A DNA stretch of 64,000 nucleotides from Bacteroidota bacterium (GCA_028288625.1 JAQBNI010000089.1:9149-73148), one strand, 5' to 3'. Positions 1-10,833 are shown, numbered from the stretch's first letter. Translations and numbers: made by a program. Notes: generated from the sequence alone by a model not told the origin.

Positions 1-1082
1 TACCTGCTGTCAAAAGCTTTTTCCAAACTTTAGGTGAAGGAATGAAAGCAATTGAAGGCTTTGCAAAAGAAGGCGCTAATTTTGTTTACGGTGGAATTGC
101 AGCCACAACTATGGATGGCGTTAAAGACTACAGAGTGCCGGGCGCATTTGTGTTTGCCTTCAATATTCCCGCTACGATTATTTTAGTATGCGTTTTAGTA
201 GCGATGCTATATCACTGGGGCGTTATGCAGCGCGTAGTTGCCGCCATTGCACGTGTGATGAATTTTGTGATGCGCGTGTCCGGTGCTGAAGCATTGAGCA
301 ATGTGGCAAGCGCATTTGTCGGACAGGTCGAAGCACAGGTAATGATACGCCCGTATCTCGCAGGGATGACGAACAGCGAATTGCTCGCATCTATGTCGGG
401 TAGTATGGCTTGTATCGCCGGTGGAATTTTAATTGTTTATGTAAGCATGGGAGTTCCTGCAGAATATTTAATTGCAGCAAGCTTAATGGCGGCTCCTGCT
501 GCGTTGGTGATTGCCAAGATCGTATTTCCTGAAGTGGAAGAATCGCAGACAAAAGGAAAAGTTTCTGTTGAAGTAAAAAGCCAGTATACAAACATTATTG
601 ATGCGATCTCTCATGGCGCAAGCGACGGCATGCGTATCTCCATTAACGTAATTGCAATGCTGATTGGTTTTATTGCTTTGATGGCATTGATCAATGCGAT
701 ACTCGGCGCGATATATCCGGACTTAGGATTGAATAAAATATTCGGTGTGATCTTTTATCCGTTAGCCTGGGCGATGGGTGTTCCAAGAGCGGAAGTAATG
801 CAGGTTGCAACTATGATGGGACAAAAACTAACCATAAATGAATTTGTCGCTTATACTACTTTGATCGGTGCTAAAGCTACCATGTCGCCAAAAGCGCTGG
901 CTATCGCAAGCTTTGCATTATGCGGTTTCGCAAATTTCAGTTCTGTTGGAATTCAAATTGGCGGTATCGGAGAACTCGCGCCAAACAGACGCGCAGATTT
1001 AGCCAAGTTAGGATTGAGAGCTTTATTATGCGGCACTTTGGCTTCTTATCTTTCCGCTACAATTGCGGGAATATTAATGTGA
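1..1082 (+). CDS. Concentrative nucleoside transporter (NupC/CNT family), C-terminal part; the 5' end lies outside the window
   Basis: The frame is open from position 3, so the gene starts upstream. The protein is polytopic and hydrophobic, with CNT-like segments (GQVEAQVMIRPY, NEFVAY, CGFANFSSVGIQIGG). Confidence 0.8.
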   Translation, partial: PAVKSFFQTLGEGMKAIEGFAKEGANFVYGGIAATTMDGVKDYRVPGAFVFAFNIPATIILVCVLVAMLYHWGVMQRVVAAIARVMNFVMRVSGAEALSNVASAFVGQVEAQVMIRPYLAGMTNSELLASMSGSMACIAGGILIVYVSMGVPAEYLIAASLMAAPAALVIAKIVFPEVEESQTKGKVSVEVKSQYTNIIDAISHGASDGMRISINVIAMLIGFIALMALINAILGAIYPDLGLNKIFGVIFYPLAWAMGVPRAEVMQVATMMGQKLTINEFVAYTTLIGAKATMSPKALAIASFALCGFANFSSVGIQIGGIGELAPNRRADLAKLGLRALLCGTLASYLSATIAGILM

Positions 1083-2702
1083 TAACGTATCTATGATCTT
1101 CCATTGATCGCCGTAACACTGCAGCACATATGTAGTGTCTTCAGGCTTCTTCGTTATCGTTAATGTATATGTTGTATTCCATTCATCAAAATCTACGGTA
1201 TAGTTTTCTTTCTTATAATCACAAGAACCATGCCCGGAGAAATAATACCATTTCCCTATTTCAGTGCTTCTAACACAGTAAGTGGAATCGTTTATTTTTC
1301 TTGTGTCAGTTTCATTTTGTTTTGTATAAATATTTACCATTGCTATTGGTGTAACAGATGTTCTGTAATTATTATGATGAAAAAGACCTAAGCCTTCACT
1401 AAATCCATTCCTGAACACATATGCGCCTTTGTAATTATCAGGAAGGTTGAGAATATATGCTTTCTGTGATGATCGCAAGGGATACGATTTTAATAAGGAA
1501 AAACCAACATCACCTGAGCGATGCCACAAATGAACTGAATTGATCAGCAAAGTTGCGCATATAATGATTTCCCCGGTAGCAAATAAAACATACAGGCTCC
1601 GGTTAAATATTTTGTACGCTATAAATGCAAGAAGCGGATAAAAGAATGCGGATGCAATATATCCGTATCTGTCACTTTGGATCTCAAAAACAAAACTCTG
1701 GTCTAAATTCAACACAGGCAGTAACATCAGGAAATAGCATAAAAATAAAAAGAGCAAGATCTTACCTGTAGATGTAGCATAATATTTCTTTTTCAGAAAC
1801 ACACATGACATGAGGAAGAATAAAATAGCGAAGACTATTCCTGCAATATTGGTTATAGCAGCTCTTTCAAAAAATTGCCTGCTTGCAAACGGAAGGTATC
1901 GGTAAAAGAATAAGAATTTCCAGTTGTAATTCAGGAAACAGCTATACAATAATTTCAATGAAATGTTAATGTGTTTTGTGGCGCCATAGTGAGCAATCCA
2001 TTCGCCAAAGACGAGTTTTGTAAGAAAGAAATATGCGGCAATAAAAAGAATGTTGAGAGAGAAAAACCTCCAAAGAAATATTCTTAAAGCATCCATTCGT
2101 CTTGTATTCACTACTGCAGGAACAATCAAAAGCACAAATAATCCGTACGCAAACGGATAAAAAAATGCCTGCTCAAAACATGAGAGGCTGCATGCAAACA
2201 GCAGATGATAATAAACAAGGTATTTAATCTTTAATGTTTCAAAATATTTTAGCAGCACAAGAAATCCCGATAATAAAAACAAAAGGATCAGCAGGTAGTG
2301 CAATGCTGCTCCCCATGCCACGACTTCTGTTTGAAATGGTGACATCAAGAATAAAAATGAAGCAAGGAGTGAAACCTGAACAATACCACGGGAAAAGATG
2401 CTATTCAGTAAAATAAATAATAACAATGCATTCATGCTATGAATAACGCAAAATACAATGTGCCAGCCCAGCCAGTGCAACCCGAATAGTTTATACAGGA
2501 TACAATAGGCTAATGATGGAAGGTACCATAAGAATATCATGTGATAAGACCACAGGATACCTTTCCAGCCGGTCGTTTCGATTTCATACAAATAATAAAA
2601 GGTGTCGTTTACAAATTTTGCGTTTTGTGCAGGAAAATAAAATACGAAAACAACCAGGAAGTAGAATATAAACAGCAGGAAGAGTTTTTTCGCTTTCGAC
2701 AT
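1074..2702 (-). CDS. Large polytopic membrane protein, GT-C-like glycosyltransferase candidate with a soluble C-terminal domain
   Basis: 542-aa ORF with at least 10 hydrophobic helices in the first ~400 aa and a hydrophilic ~140-aa tail. No specific family was recognised. Confidence 0.55.
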   Translation of the reverse strand: MSKAKKLFLLFIFYFLVVFVFYFPAQNAKFVNDTFYYLYEIETTGWKGILWSYHMIFLWYLPSLAYCILYKLFGLHWLGWHIVFCVIHSMNALLLFILLNSIFSRGIVQVSLLASFLFLMSPFQTEVVAWGAALHYLLILLFLLSGFLVLLKYFETLKIKYLVYYHLLFACSLSCFEQAFFYPFAYGLFVLLIVPAVVNTRRMDALRIFLWRFFSLNILFIAAYFFLTKLVFGEWIAHYGATKHINISLKLLYSCFLNYNWKFLFFYRYLPFASRQFFERAAITNIAGIVFAILFFLMSCVFLKKKYYATSTGKILLFLFLCYFLMLLPVLNLDQSFVFEIQSDRYGYIASAFFYPLLAFIAYKIFNRSLYVLFATGEIIICATLLINSVHLWHRSGDVGFSLLKSYPLRSSQKAYILNLPDNYKGAYVFRNGFSEGLGLFHHNNYRTSVTPIAMVNIYTKQNETDTRKINDSTYCVRSTEIGKWYYFSGHGSCDYKKENYTVDFDEWNTTYTLTITKKPEDTTYVLQCYGDQWKIIDTLSH

Positions 2703-2730
2703 AGTTATTATTTATTACTTCAAAGCCTTT

Positions 2731-4005
2731 TTATATCATCCGAAAATTATACGCTTCGCCGTCGGTTGGTTTGGAGTATAATAAATAATACAGGTATAAA
2801 ATTAATGACAGGTATAAAACCGCAACAAATCTCGGTTCAAAAATGAGTGTGTTATAATTTGTCCACGAAAGATAGTGAAAGATCTTTTCCATATTAAGGA
2901 AGTATGCAACAGATCCGAGGATCAGAGGGAAAAACCGCTTTGTACAAAATGCATATGCTGCTAAAGAAATAAGTGCAGGATGCGAATAGCGTTCATGCAT
3001 TTGTGTATTAAAATAAAAAAAGACAAGTGGTATCAACGAAGACACCAGAAATATTTTTTCCAAGGGAAATACTATTTCAGCTTTTCTAAAATATTTAAGG
3101 TATTCAAACTTCATTAATGGAAAGACAGCAATAAAAGCTGCCCCCATCAACAAGAAAGATCCCACATGCTTATAGGAAGAAATAAAAAAATGCTGTGAAT
3201 CGATGATCATTCCGATGTTTGTATCTTTTGGCATCATCCAAACCCAGAAATTAAATGAACCTACCGCAGGATAAGGATAGTGATCCACTGCGTCTTTAAC
3301 CACTGCAATTACCTGGTGCAACCTTCCCTTTATAATAAACGGGAATAAAATTAAAAACTGCAGCACTGCACATATACACACTGCATATACTGTCTTTTTA
3401 ATTCCTTCCTTTGAAAGCAGGTGCGGCAATAACAATAATCCTACGACAGGAATAAATACCAATGCCTGTAATTTAAAATTCAGTGCTATAACCAAAAATA
3501 AAACACTTACTATTAGTTTTCTTTCTATCGCTGCAACGATAGCTGCAAAACCCCAGAAAGAAAAGATTGCATCTACCTGTCCCCACAATGCGGTATTATA
3601 AATGTACGCGATATTGAACAGGAGGAAAAAGAAATAAAATATTTTTTTGTACTCATCTTTTACAAACCAAACTGCAGCATAAGCTCCGAGGAAATCAAAA
3701 AGCAAAGTATAAAACTTTATGCTATACAAATTATCCTGTATGTTTGTGAGTGTACCCTGAATTTTTACATGAAATAATATAAAGTATAAATACGCAGGCA
3801 GGTAATTACATCCTTCCATATCGTATATCTTTGTAAACCCGTTATGGAACATATATTGAGACCATCCCATCCAGAAATTCATATCGTCATGTCCCCATTT
3901 CCACATTATGGAGATATACACTACATACAACATTACCGTGAGGATAAGCCAGGCTTTCTTTATTTCAGACATATTTAATTGATTGATTAAATATACATAT
4001 AGCAT
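2731..4005 (-). CDS. Polytopic membrane protein, mannosyltransferase-like (GT-C / DUF2029-like)
   Basis: 424-aa ORF with many TM helices. The WGQVDAIF loop motif resembles GT-C mannosyltransferase families. It lies in tandem with the preceding membrane protein. Confidence 0.55.
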   Translation of the reverse strand: MLYVYLINQLNMSEIKKAWLILTVMLYVVYISIMWKWGHDDMNFWMGWSQYMFHNGFTKIYDMEGCNYLPAYLYFILFHVKIQGTLTNIQDNLYSIKFYTLLFDFLGAYAAVWFVKDEYKKIFYFFFLLFNIAYIYNTALWGQVDAIFSFWGFAAIVAAIERKLIVSVLFLVIALNFKLQALVFIPVVGLLLLPHLLSKEGIKKTVYAVCICAVLQFLILFPFIIKGRLHQVIAVVKDAVDHYPYPAVGSFNFWVWMMPKDTNIGMIIDSQHFFISSYKHVGSFLLMGAAFIAVFPLMKFEYLKYFRKAEIVFPLEKIFLVSSLIPLVFFYFNTQMHERYSHPALISLAAYAFCTKRFFPLILGSVAYFLNMEKIFHYLSWTNYNTLIFEPRFVAVLYLSLILYLYYLLYSKPTDGEAYNFRMI

Positions 4006-4067
4006 TTTTTATATCATAAAATTTGTTCGCGGCATTCAATTTTTCTAACATTATATTTGCATATTCA

Positions 4068-5939
4068 ATGCAACAGTCACTTCCCGATATTATAAAAAAT
4101 TTACCGCGTGATCCCGGTGTATATCGCTACTATGATGAGCAGGGAAATATTCTGTATATCGGAAAGGCTAAAAATTTAAAGAGCCGTGTTTCTTCCTACT
4201 TTATAAACAAGGATCACTCCTTTCGTATCCAGTTGATGGTTAAAAAAATTCACAACATTGAATATTCCATTGTGCGCACGGAAAGAGATGCATTACTTCT
4301 GGAGAACTCATTGATCAAGGAATTGCAGCCGCGATATAATATCAGCTTAAAAGATGACAAGACGTATCCGTACATTAAAATCGTTAACGAGCAATTTCCC
4401 AGGATCTATTTTACAAGGTATTATGAAAATGACGGTGCAGAATATTTCGGACCTTATACTTCTGTACACCGGGTTCGTGCAATTATTGAATTCGTAAAAA
4501 AATTATACCCGACGCGGAGTTGTTCGCTGCCGCTGACTGAAAAAAATATTCATGCAAAAAAATTCAAGGTGTGCCTTGAATATCATATTGGCAATTGCTT
4601 AGCACCCTGCGTAGCATTTCAATCAAAAGAAAATTATGATAATAATATCGAACAGATCCGCAAAATATTAAAAGGAAGACTACAGGAGCTGCGTATTATT
4701 CTCAGAAAGCAAATGCAGGAATTTTCTGAACAGATGGAATTTGAAAAAGCGGAAAATCTAAAATATAAACTGGAAACACTAAAAGATTATATCACAGATT
4801 CAACGATTGTTAATCCAGGCTTAGGCAACTTTCATGTATTCGGTTTTTGCGAAGATGAAATTCCATTGGATACCGTTGAACCTGAAAATACCAACCAGGA
4901 AGACATTCTTTCTGCACCGGTAAAAAATAAAAAAAATTCAGAAAATAAAAAAGCCTACATCAATTACATGTATGTGTATGAAGGAACGATCGTCAAAACA
5001 AAAGCAATTGTTCTTCAAAGAAACCTTGACGAAACAAAGGAAGAGCTCATGCAGTTTGCGATCATTGACACGATTGGAAATTACAGTGAAAGAATGGATG
5101 TACTTTTGCCTTTCGATGTACCCATCGAAAATGATCTTATCCAGGTATCCGTTCCAAAAATCGGCGATAAAAAACATATTGTGGACCTTGCACAAAGAAA
5201 TGCAGTCTATCAAAAACAAAAAGGAAAAGAAAAAATAAAACCTGATCATACTACGCGCATTCTTGTATTGATGAAGGAAGAATTGAAATTAAAGGAATTG
5301 CCGTGTCATATAGAATGTTTTGACAACTCGAATTTCCAGGGCACCAATGCAGTTGCCGCGTGTGTTGTATTTAAAAATGGGAAGCCTTCAAAAAAAGATT
5401 ACCGCCATTTTAATGTGAAAACCGTTGAAGGGGCTAATGATTTTGATACGATGAAGGAAATAGTTTACAGAAGATATTACCGTTTGGTTACGGAAGAACA
5501 ACCTTTGCCAAACCTCATTGTAATAGACGGAGGAAAAGGGCAGCTTAACGCAGCTATGGAAAGCTTAAGTGAATTGAAAATATTGGATAAGGTACAAGTA
5601 ATTTCCATCGCAAAAAGACTGGAAGAGATCTATTATCCAAATGACCCTTTCCCTTTACACATCAATAAAAAATCTGAAACGCTGAAAGTGATCCAGCATA
5701 TCCGCAATGAAGCGCATCGCTTCGGCATTACCTTTCACCGGAATAAAAGATCAAAAAACACCATCAAAACTCAACTACAGGAAATAAAAGGCATCGGGCA
5801 GCAAATGGCAAATAAATTATTGCAGGAATTGGGTTCAGTAAAAGCCATACAAAATGCGGAGCTTACAGAACTGGAAAAAGTTGTCGGCAAATCAAAAGCA
5901 CTACTGGTTTACAATTTCTATAAAAACAAAAACGGATAG
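4068..5939 (+). CDS. uvrC: Excinuclease ABC subunit C
   Basis: GIY-YIG motif (GVYRYYDEQGNILYIGKAKNLKSRVSSYF), the UvrB-interacting region, and C-terminal endonuclease plus HhH (IKGIGQQMANKLL). I moved the start to the ATG at 4068; the track ORF starts at a TTG at 4023. Confidence 0.95.
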   Translation: MQQSLPDIIKNLPRDPGVYRYYDEQGNILYIGKAKNLKSRVSSYFINKDHSFRIQLMVKKIHNIEYSIVRTERDALLLENSLIKELQPRYNISLKDDKTYPYIKIVNEQFPRIYFTRYYENDGAEYFGPYTSVHRVRAIIEFVKKLYPTRSCSLPLTEKNIHAKKFKVCLEYHIGNCLAPCVAFQSKENYDNNIEQIRKILKGRLQELRIILRKQMQEFSEQMEFEKAENLKYKLETLKDYITDSTIVNPGLGNFHVFGFCEDEIPLDTVEPENTNQEDILSAPVKNKKNSENKKAYINYMYVYEGTIVKTKAIVLQRNLDETKEELMQFAIIDTIGNYSERMDVLLPFDVPIENDLIQVSVPKIGDKKHIVDLAQRNAVYQKQKGKEKIKPDHTTRILVLMKEELKLKELPCHIECFDNSNFQGTNAVAACVVFKNGKPSKKDYRHFNVKTVEGANDFDTMKEIVYRRYYRLVTEEQPLPNLIVIDGGKGQLNAAMESLSELKILDKVQVISIAKRLEEIYYPNDPFPLHINKKSETLKVIQHIRNEAHRFGITFHRNKRSKNTIKTQLQEIKGIGQQMANKLLQELGSVKAIQNAELTELEKVVGKSKALLVYNFYKNKNG

Positions 5940-5955
5940 CATCAGGCTATCCGTT
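5921..5955 (-). terminator. Rho-independent terminator downstream of gldN, overlapping the uvrC 3' end
   Basis: Perfect 10-bp stem AACGGATAGC/GCTATCCGTT (5931-5940 / 5946-5955) with a 5-nt loop. On the minus strand it is followed by TTTTTGTTTTT. Confidence 0.6.
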
Positions 5956-5975
5956 CAGATGAATAAAAGGAATAA

Positions 5976-7085
5976 TTAATATTCCCAAAGATCGTGTTCG
6001 AAGTTAAACAACTCTTGTTTTTTAGCTTCAGATTCATACAAAATATCAATACCTGATTTGTAGTCCTTGATACGGAAATCCTGTACGTTATCTATCTTAT
6101 AAATATAGCTTCCAAAAAGTCTCAAAGCATACACCTGGTCCCAGTTCAAACGTACGCCGTTGGGGAATGGATTGTATGCCTGTGAATTTACGAGTGTTTG
6201 ACGCAAGCTTGGGAAGTACACCCAGAATACCGGAACTTCTCCACGGAAATCTCCCGTTGTAGGATCGTAGTTATCATACAAAGGACAAATGCCCATGATG
6301 CGCACTTCCATTGTAGAAGTTTGCTTATTGAAATACCAGATCTCCTTGAGGCGTAATTTATTTACGTTGTTCCAGTTTACTTCTTTTGTAACCACTTGTA
6401 AGGTTTGGATACCTGTACCCGGATCGGTAACATATATAGAATCCACGCCACCTCCTGCAACATTCAATGCTTCCTTCGGATCAATCGCTGTAGTGAAATC
6501 ATCATCCATACCACTGTATACCTTGCATTTCCCGGTTTGTACAGCATCCAGCAATATTTGTATAAAAGGTGCTTTCGGCCATTTAAAATGTAAATTCAAT
6601 TTTTCCCTGAGATCGATAACACGCCAAACTGTTTTCCACCAGAATACATCCGCTTCGCGAATAGGCTCATAGCTCATTGCTAACCGCTTACCTGTAATTT
6701 CCTGCATCCACGGCAACGTTTGTACATGCGAAGTATCCATTCCTGCACCTGTATCTACTGCTCCGCTGCTTGCGACTGTAGAAATGGTAGCTGCACCCGG
6801 AGGTAAAGTTGTTCCGGTGCCAGTGCTTGCAGGTGCTGAAGCAGGATTCAAAGAATCCGTTACCGTAGTAGTTGTTGTCGCAGCAGCCGGATCCGGTTCT
6901 GTAACGCCAGTATTACCGGAAACTGTACTGTCTCCGCCTGTACTGCTTTGGTAAGTAGTCGTAGAGGTTGCAGTGCCCGACTTCTTTTTCACAGTCTTTT
7001 TCTTAGGCGCCGCAGCCGATGCTATGATCACTATAAAGCAACACAGCAACAACAACCATCCTGATTTTTTAATTTGAATATTCAT
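5976..7085 (-). CDS. gldN: Gliding motility / T9SS protein GldN (PorN) with a long Thr/Ser/Ala/Gly-rich N-terminal linker
   Basis: It is the last gene of the gldKLMN order and has a signal peptide. The conserved core starts at about READVFWWKTVWRVIDLREKLN. Confidence 0.85.
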   Translation of the reverse strand: MNIQIKKSGWLLLLCCFIVIIASAAAPKKKTVKKKSGTATSTTTYQSSTGGDSTVSGNTGVTEPDPAAATTTTTVTDSLNPASAPASTGTGTTLPPGAATISTVASSGAVDTGAGMDTSHVQTLPWMQEITGKRLAMSYEPIREADVFWWKTVWRVIDLREKLNLHFKWPKAPFIQILLDAVQTGKCKVYSGMDDDFTTAIDPKEALNVAGGGVDSIYVTDPGTGIQTLQVVTKEVNWNNVNKLRLKEIWYFNKQTSTMEVRIMGICPLYDNYDPTTGDFRGEVPVFWVYFPSLRQTLVNSQAYNPFPNGVRLNWDQVYALRLFGSYIYKIDNVQDFRIKDYKSGIDILYESEAKKQELFNFEHDLWEY

Positions 7086-7099
7086 TATCTCGTTAATTT

Positions 7100-8635
7100 T
7101 TAATCTATTTTAAAGGCGATGCCCGGTATCTTTCTTGATAAGCCATCCGGTCCTTTCACCTTTATTTCTTCTACATAGAAAATATCTCCCGGCTTAGCTC
7201 TTTTTATAAAATCAAGCATTGGCGCACTGAAATACGGTCCGGAAGCAGAAGCAATACCCGGATCCTGTAATTTAGGCTGGTAGAACATATTAAAACTCAA
7301 CACTTCAAATTTTGCATCAAAGTCGAAATTCTCTAAGTCGGCAATTACACCTTTTTGTGCTCTCCAAACCGCTGCATTAATTCTTCCGCCCGGCATACCT
7401 GATACTTTAGCAATCGGGTTTGGTATGAGTTTCACACGGAATGGGAAAGAACCGTAGTTCCTGCCGTTTGCAGACACTGTAACATTTGTGGTACCTTGAT
7501 TTGTAACTCTTACTTCATATTTTCCGGCGCTTCCGTTAATATTACCTGCAGAAATAGCTACGTTTAATTTAGCATTCGCAACACCTGCTGCAGAAACCTG
7601 TACAGGGTTAGGTACACCAATATAAAACACATTCATTTTTGTTGGAGATACTGTAGCGAATGGAGCAGCAACCGTATATTTAAATGGAGGTAACGGATAG
7701 TTCGTAACCGCATTTGTTTTTGGATTCTTTAAAGAAATATTTCCATGTAATTCATATTCACCAACACCCGGTGATGCATTATAATGGGCAACACCTTGTT
7801 CATCCGGACGCAAACTGGCGCCATTTACATTGATGGAAACGTTGTCGTTCTTTGAGCTGGTTGCAGCAAGGAAAACATTTGCTTCAAATTTTTCACCTTG
7901 TAGAATATACGCAGACGGAGAAGTGATTTGTGCAGAGAATGCATTGAAAATAATTTCATCAGGCTTTAGATCTTCCGTACTTCCGATCTTGGAAAAGAAA
8001 TAACTCACTAACAATCCTTCAGATGCTTTAACATCCGATAATTGTTTTGTCAGCATCGTCATCGATGCAATCGCAGGCATCTGAAAAAAGTTATCCCTTG
8101 CCCAATCGCCTTTTGGTTTTACGGGCTCAGTATTCAATGGCAATTTGTCTAAAACTAATTTTAAATCTGCGGGATCTATTAATTTAGAAACTTCACCTTT
8201 GAAATTATCAATCTTCTTTTTCAATTCATAACCTTGCTTCTTCTCTTCTATAAAATAGCGTGTAGAAGCATCGAGGTCATCCTGGCGTTTCATTGGCGCG
8301 CCTTCTTCACCGGGACCGCCGGCTTCTTTAATAATTCCTTCCTGTAGACTTGTAATATACTCTTGCAGGCTTTTGGACAGTTCAAGCGTTCTGTCCGCTT
8401 TTCCCTGGTAAACACCAATTAAGGCATTACCCGGTTCTTTTATTTTTTTTGCAGCGAAAGCTGAATAGTTTACTCTACTATTGACGTCTAATAGTTTATT
8501 AGAGCCTTGTAAGCTTTTATTTATTACTCTGAATGCGTTCAGGATCTCTGCAGATACGTTTAATGCAAGTAGTGCGGTAAGCACGAGATACATTAAGTTG
8601 ATCATCTGCTGCCTGTTCTCCTTTGGAATTGACAT
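7100..8635 (-). CDS. gldM: Gliding motility / T9SS protein GldM (PorM)
   Basis: The N-terminus RQQMINLMYLVLTALLALNVS is the canonical GldM TM segment. 511 aa, positioned between gldL and gldN. Confidence 0.9.
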   Translation of the reverse strand: MSIPKENRQQMINLMYLVLTALLALNVSAEILNAFRVINKSLQGSNKLLDVNSRVNYSAFAAKKIKEPGNALIGVYQGKADRTLELSKSLQEYITSLQEGIIKEAGGPGEEGAPMKRQDDLDASTRYFIEEKKQGYELKKKIDNFKGEVSKLIDPADLKLVLDKLPLNTEPVKPKGDWARDNFFQMPAIASMTMLTKQLSDVKASEGLLVSYFFSKIGSTEDLKPDEIIFNAFSAQITSPSAYILQGEKFEANVFLAATSSKNDNVSINVNGASLRPDEQGVAHYNASPGVGEYELHGNISLKNPKTNAVTNYPLPPFKYTVAAPFATVSPTKMNVFYIGVPNPVQVSAAGVANAKLNVAISAGNINGSAGKYEVRVTNQGTTNVTVSANGRNYGSFPFRVKLIPNPIAKVSGMPGGRINAAVWRAQKGVIADLENFDFDAKFEVLSFNMFYQPKLQDPGIASASGPYFSAPMLDFIKRAKPGDIFYVEEIKVKGPDGLSRKIPGIAFKID

Positions 8636-8681
8636 TTTTTACAATTTACTTAGGTTAACAATTAATGCTAGATGATTTTAA

Positions 8682-9479
8682 TTACGATCTCATTGCTGAA
8701 AGCATATTTCCATAAATACCGTTTAAACGTTCTAAATTGCCGGCTAAGCCGCCCATTTGTGTTTTGAATTTTTCAGTATCCGCTAATGATCCTTCGAGGC
8801 TGGTCATTGCAGTACTTAAATTTCCAATGAATTTATTCATTGTTTTTAAATGTGTATTTGTATCCTGTAATTCCATTTCATATACAGCATTCAATGCCGC
8901 TAAATTTTTTGTAGCGCTTTGTACCTGTTCGTGGTATTTGGAAGCTTCACCTGAAGCCGCTGCTAATTTGCCCATTCCTTCTGCTGCTGCTGTAAATGAA
9001 TCTTTAACTCCATTCAATGCACCTGCAGCTCCTTTTGCAGCATTCGCAAAATCACCTGAGGCAACAGTGGCATCTGCCATGCTTCCCATCTTCCCTACGT
9101 TGTCTGCAAAGCTTTTGAGATTATCCCCAAATCGGGTAACGAGATTCTGATCTATTTTTGCAGCCTCGAGCATTTTATCCATTTCTACCGAAATTGATTT
9201 TTTGCTTGTTGGCGCTACTGCCGTTGAAGCATTAGGATCATACTCATCCAGACCCGGGTAATATTTCTCCCAATAGTAATCCGGTTCAGGTGGAACGATA
9301 CCGGAAATTGTAAAAATAAGAGCTTCCGTAAGCAGACCTGCTGTCAACATAACATTTGCAAAAGATAAGTGTAAGATTTTCGCCCATGCTCCCACGATAA
9401 CGACCGCTGCTCCCACACCGAAAAGCAGGTTTTTTAAGGTTTTAAATGATTTGGTTTTAAAATAAGGTGAAGTTGCCAT
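8682..9479 (-). CDS. gldL: Gliding motility / T9SS protein GldL (PorL)
   Basis: Two N-terminal TM helices (GVGAAVVIVGAWAKILHL) followed by a coiled cytoplasmic tail. Positioned between gldK and gldM. Confidence 0.85.
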   Translation of the reverse strand: MATSPYFKTKSFKTLKNLLFGVGAAVVIVGAWAKILHLSFANVMLTAGLLTEALIFTISGIVPPEPDYYWEKYYPGLDEYDPNASTAVAPTSKKSISVEMDKMLEAAKIDQNLVTRFGDNLKSFADNVGKMGSMADATVASGDFANAAKGAAGALNGVKDSFTAAAEGMGKLAAASGEASKYHEQVQSATKNLAALNAVYEMELQDTNTHLKTMNKFIGNLSTAMTSLEGSLADTEKFKTQMGGLAGNLERLNGIYGNMLSAMRS

Positions 9480-9534
9480 AAACTAGATTTGTTTGATTAG
9501 TTATTAATATGTTAGTTACGTTTAAAAAGAAATT

Positions 9535-10833
9535 TTATTTTCCGAAATCGTTCATTGATCTTCCCATGAACGGTAATAAACAACGGAATCCTACATAGGA
9601 CTTAGCTGAGTCCTGATATTCGTACGATTTTGTGCCGCATTGTAAGAAGTAAGCGATGTCCTTCCACGAACCTCCCCTGATTACTTTGCGTTTCATGACA
9701 TTTGGTTCGTCTTCTTTCGCGTCATAGCGGAAATCCGGTTGCTTATCATGAATAAATGCTACCGCATCATCTTCGTAGGCTGTGGATGTCCATTCTGCAA
9801 CATTTCCTGCCATATTATATAAGCCATAATCATTGGGCCAGTAAGATTTAGCATTTACAGTATAGAAACCACCGTCTTCAGGATAATTTCCTCTTCCCGG
9901 CTTAAAGTTTGCCAGCAAGCAGCCTTTTGTATTCCTAATGTAAGGACCACCCCAAGGGTAAGGAGATAAATTTCTTCCTCCACGCGCAGCATATTCCCAT
10001 TCGTATTCCGTTGGTAAGCGGAACTGATCTATCGGAGCTTCACCTTTTGCAGAGCGGTAATCATTCCATTGTTGTGTTCTCCATGCGCAAAATGCATTGC
10101 ACTGATCCCATGTTACACCAACGATCGGATAATCATCATAAGCAGGGTGGGTGAAGTAAGTACGAGTCATTGGCTCGTTATAAGAATAGGTGAAATCCCT
10201 GATCCATACCATTTCATCAGGATAAATAGATATCTTTTTCTTATCCATGAATGCGCTTCTTGGCTTCGCATCTTTATCTGTAGGTCTTTGCTGAGCGTAT
10301 TCTTTCCATTTGAACCACGTATACTCGTAAATTAATTTTCTCGGGTCTAATTCTTTTTTACCGTTGATCCTGTCAGCTTCAGAATAAAACATAGGATCCA
10401 ATTGGGATCCTTCTTCCGTTGCGCTTCCGCCGGTATTCCAGTTCATATCGATGGGCATATCCCAGTTTACAGCTTGTTTGCCGTTATCTCCTTCTTTTAA
10501 ATTATCTCCTCCCAATAAAGTGTGTGCAATTGAATCGCGTACATATTCTACAAACTGACGGTATTCGTTGTTAGTGATTTCGGTTTCGTCCATATAAAAA
10601 CCAACTATGGACATTTGTTTCATCTTCGTATTGAAAGCATAATTCACATCCTGGTCTGAGGGTCCTGCATGAAAAACTCCTGATGGTATATACACCATGC
10701 CATAGGGCAAAAGATTGTTATCCCACTTCGGTCGATCCTGGGAACCAATCAATTGTCCGTCTGTGCCACCACCCTTACAACTGGCTAGGAGTATAGCTAT
10801 GACAGCAATTAACGAAAATTTTAATTTATTCAT
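9535..10833 (-). CDS. gldK: Gliding motility / T9SS lipoprotein GldK (PorK), FGE-sulfatase (SUMF1) fold
   Basis: Lipoprotein signal (LLASCKG). FGE-domain motifs are present (NNEYRQFV, PIVGVTWDQCNAFCAWR, RLPTEYEWEYAARGG, GNVAEWT, RGGSW). Confidence 0.9.
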   Translation of the reverse strand: MNKLKFSLIAVIAILLASCKGGGTDGQLIGSQDRPKWDNNLLPYGMVYIPSGVFHAGPSDQDVNYAFNTKMKQMSIVGFYMDETEITNNEYRQFVEYVRDSIAHTLLGGDNLKEGDNGKQAVNWDMPIDMNWNTGGSATEEGSQLDPMFYSEADRINGKKELDPRKLIYEYTWFKWKEYAQQRPTDKDAKPRSAFMDKKKISIYPDEMVWIRDFTYSYNEPMTRTYFTHPAYDDYPIVGVTWDQCNAFCAWRTQQWNDYRSAKGEAPIDQFRLPTEYEWEYAARGGRNLSPYPWGGPYIRNTKGCLLANFKPGRGNYPEDGGFYTVNAKSYWPNDYGLYNMAGNVAEWTSTAYEDDAVAFIHDKQPDFRYDAKEDEPNVMKRKVIRGGSWKDIAYFLQCGTKSYEYQDSAKSYVGFRCLLPFMGRSMNDFGK

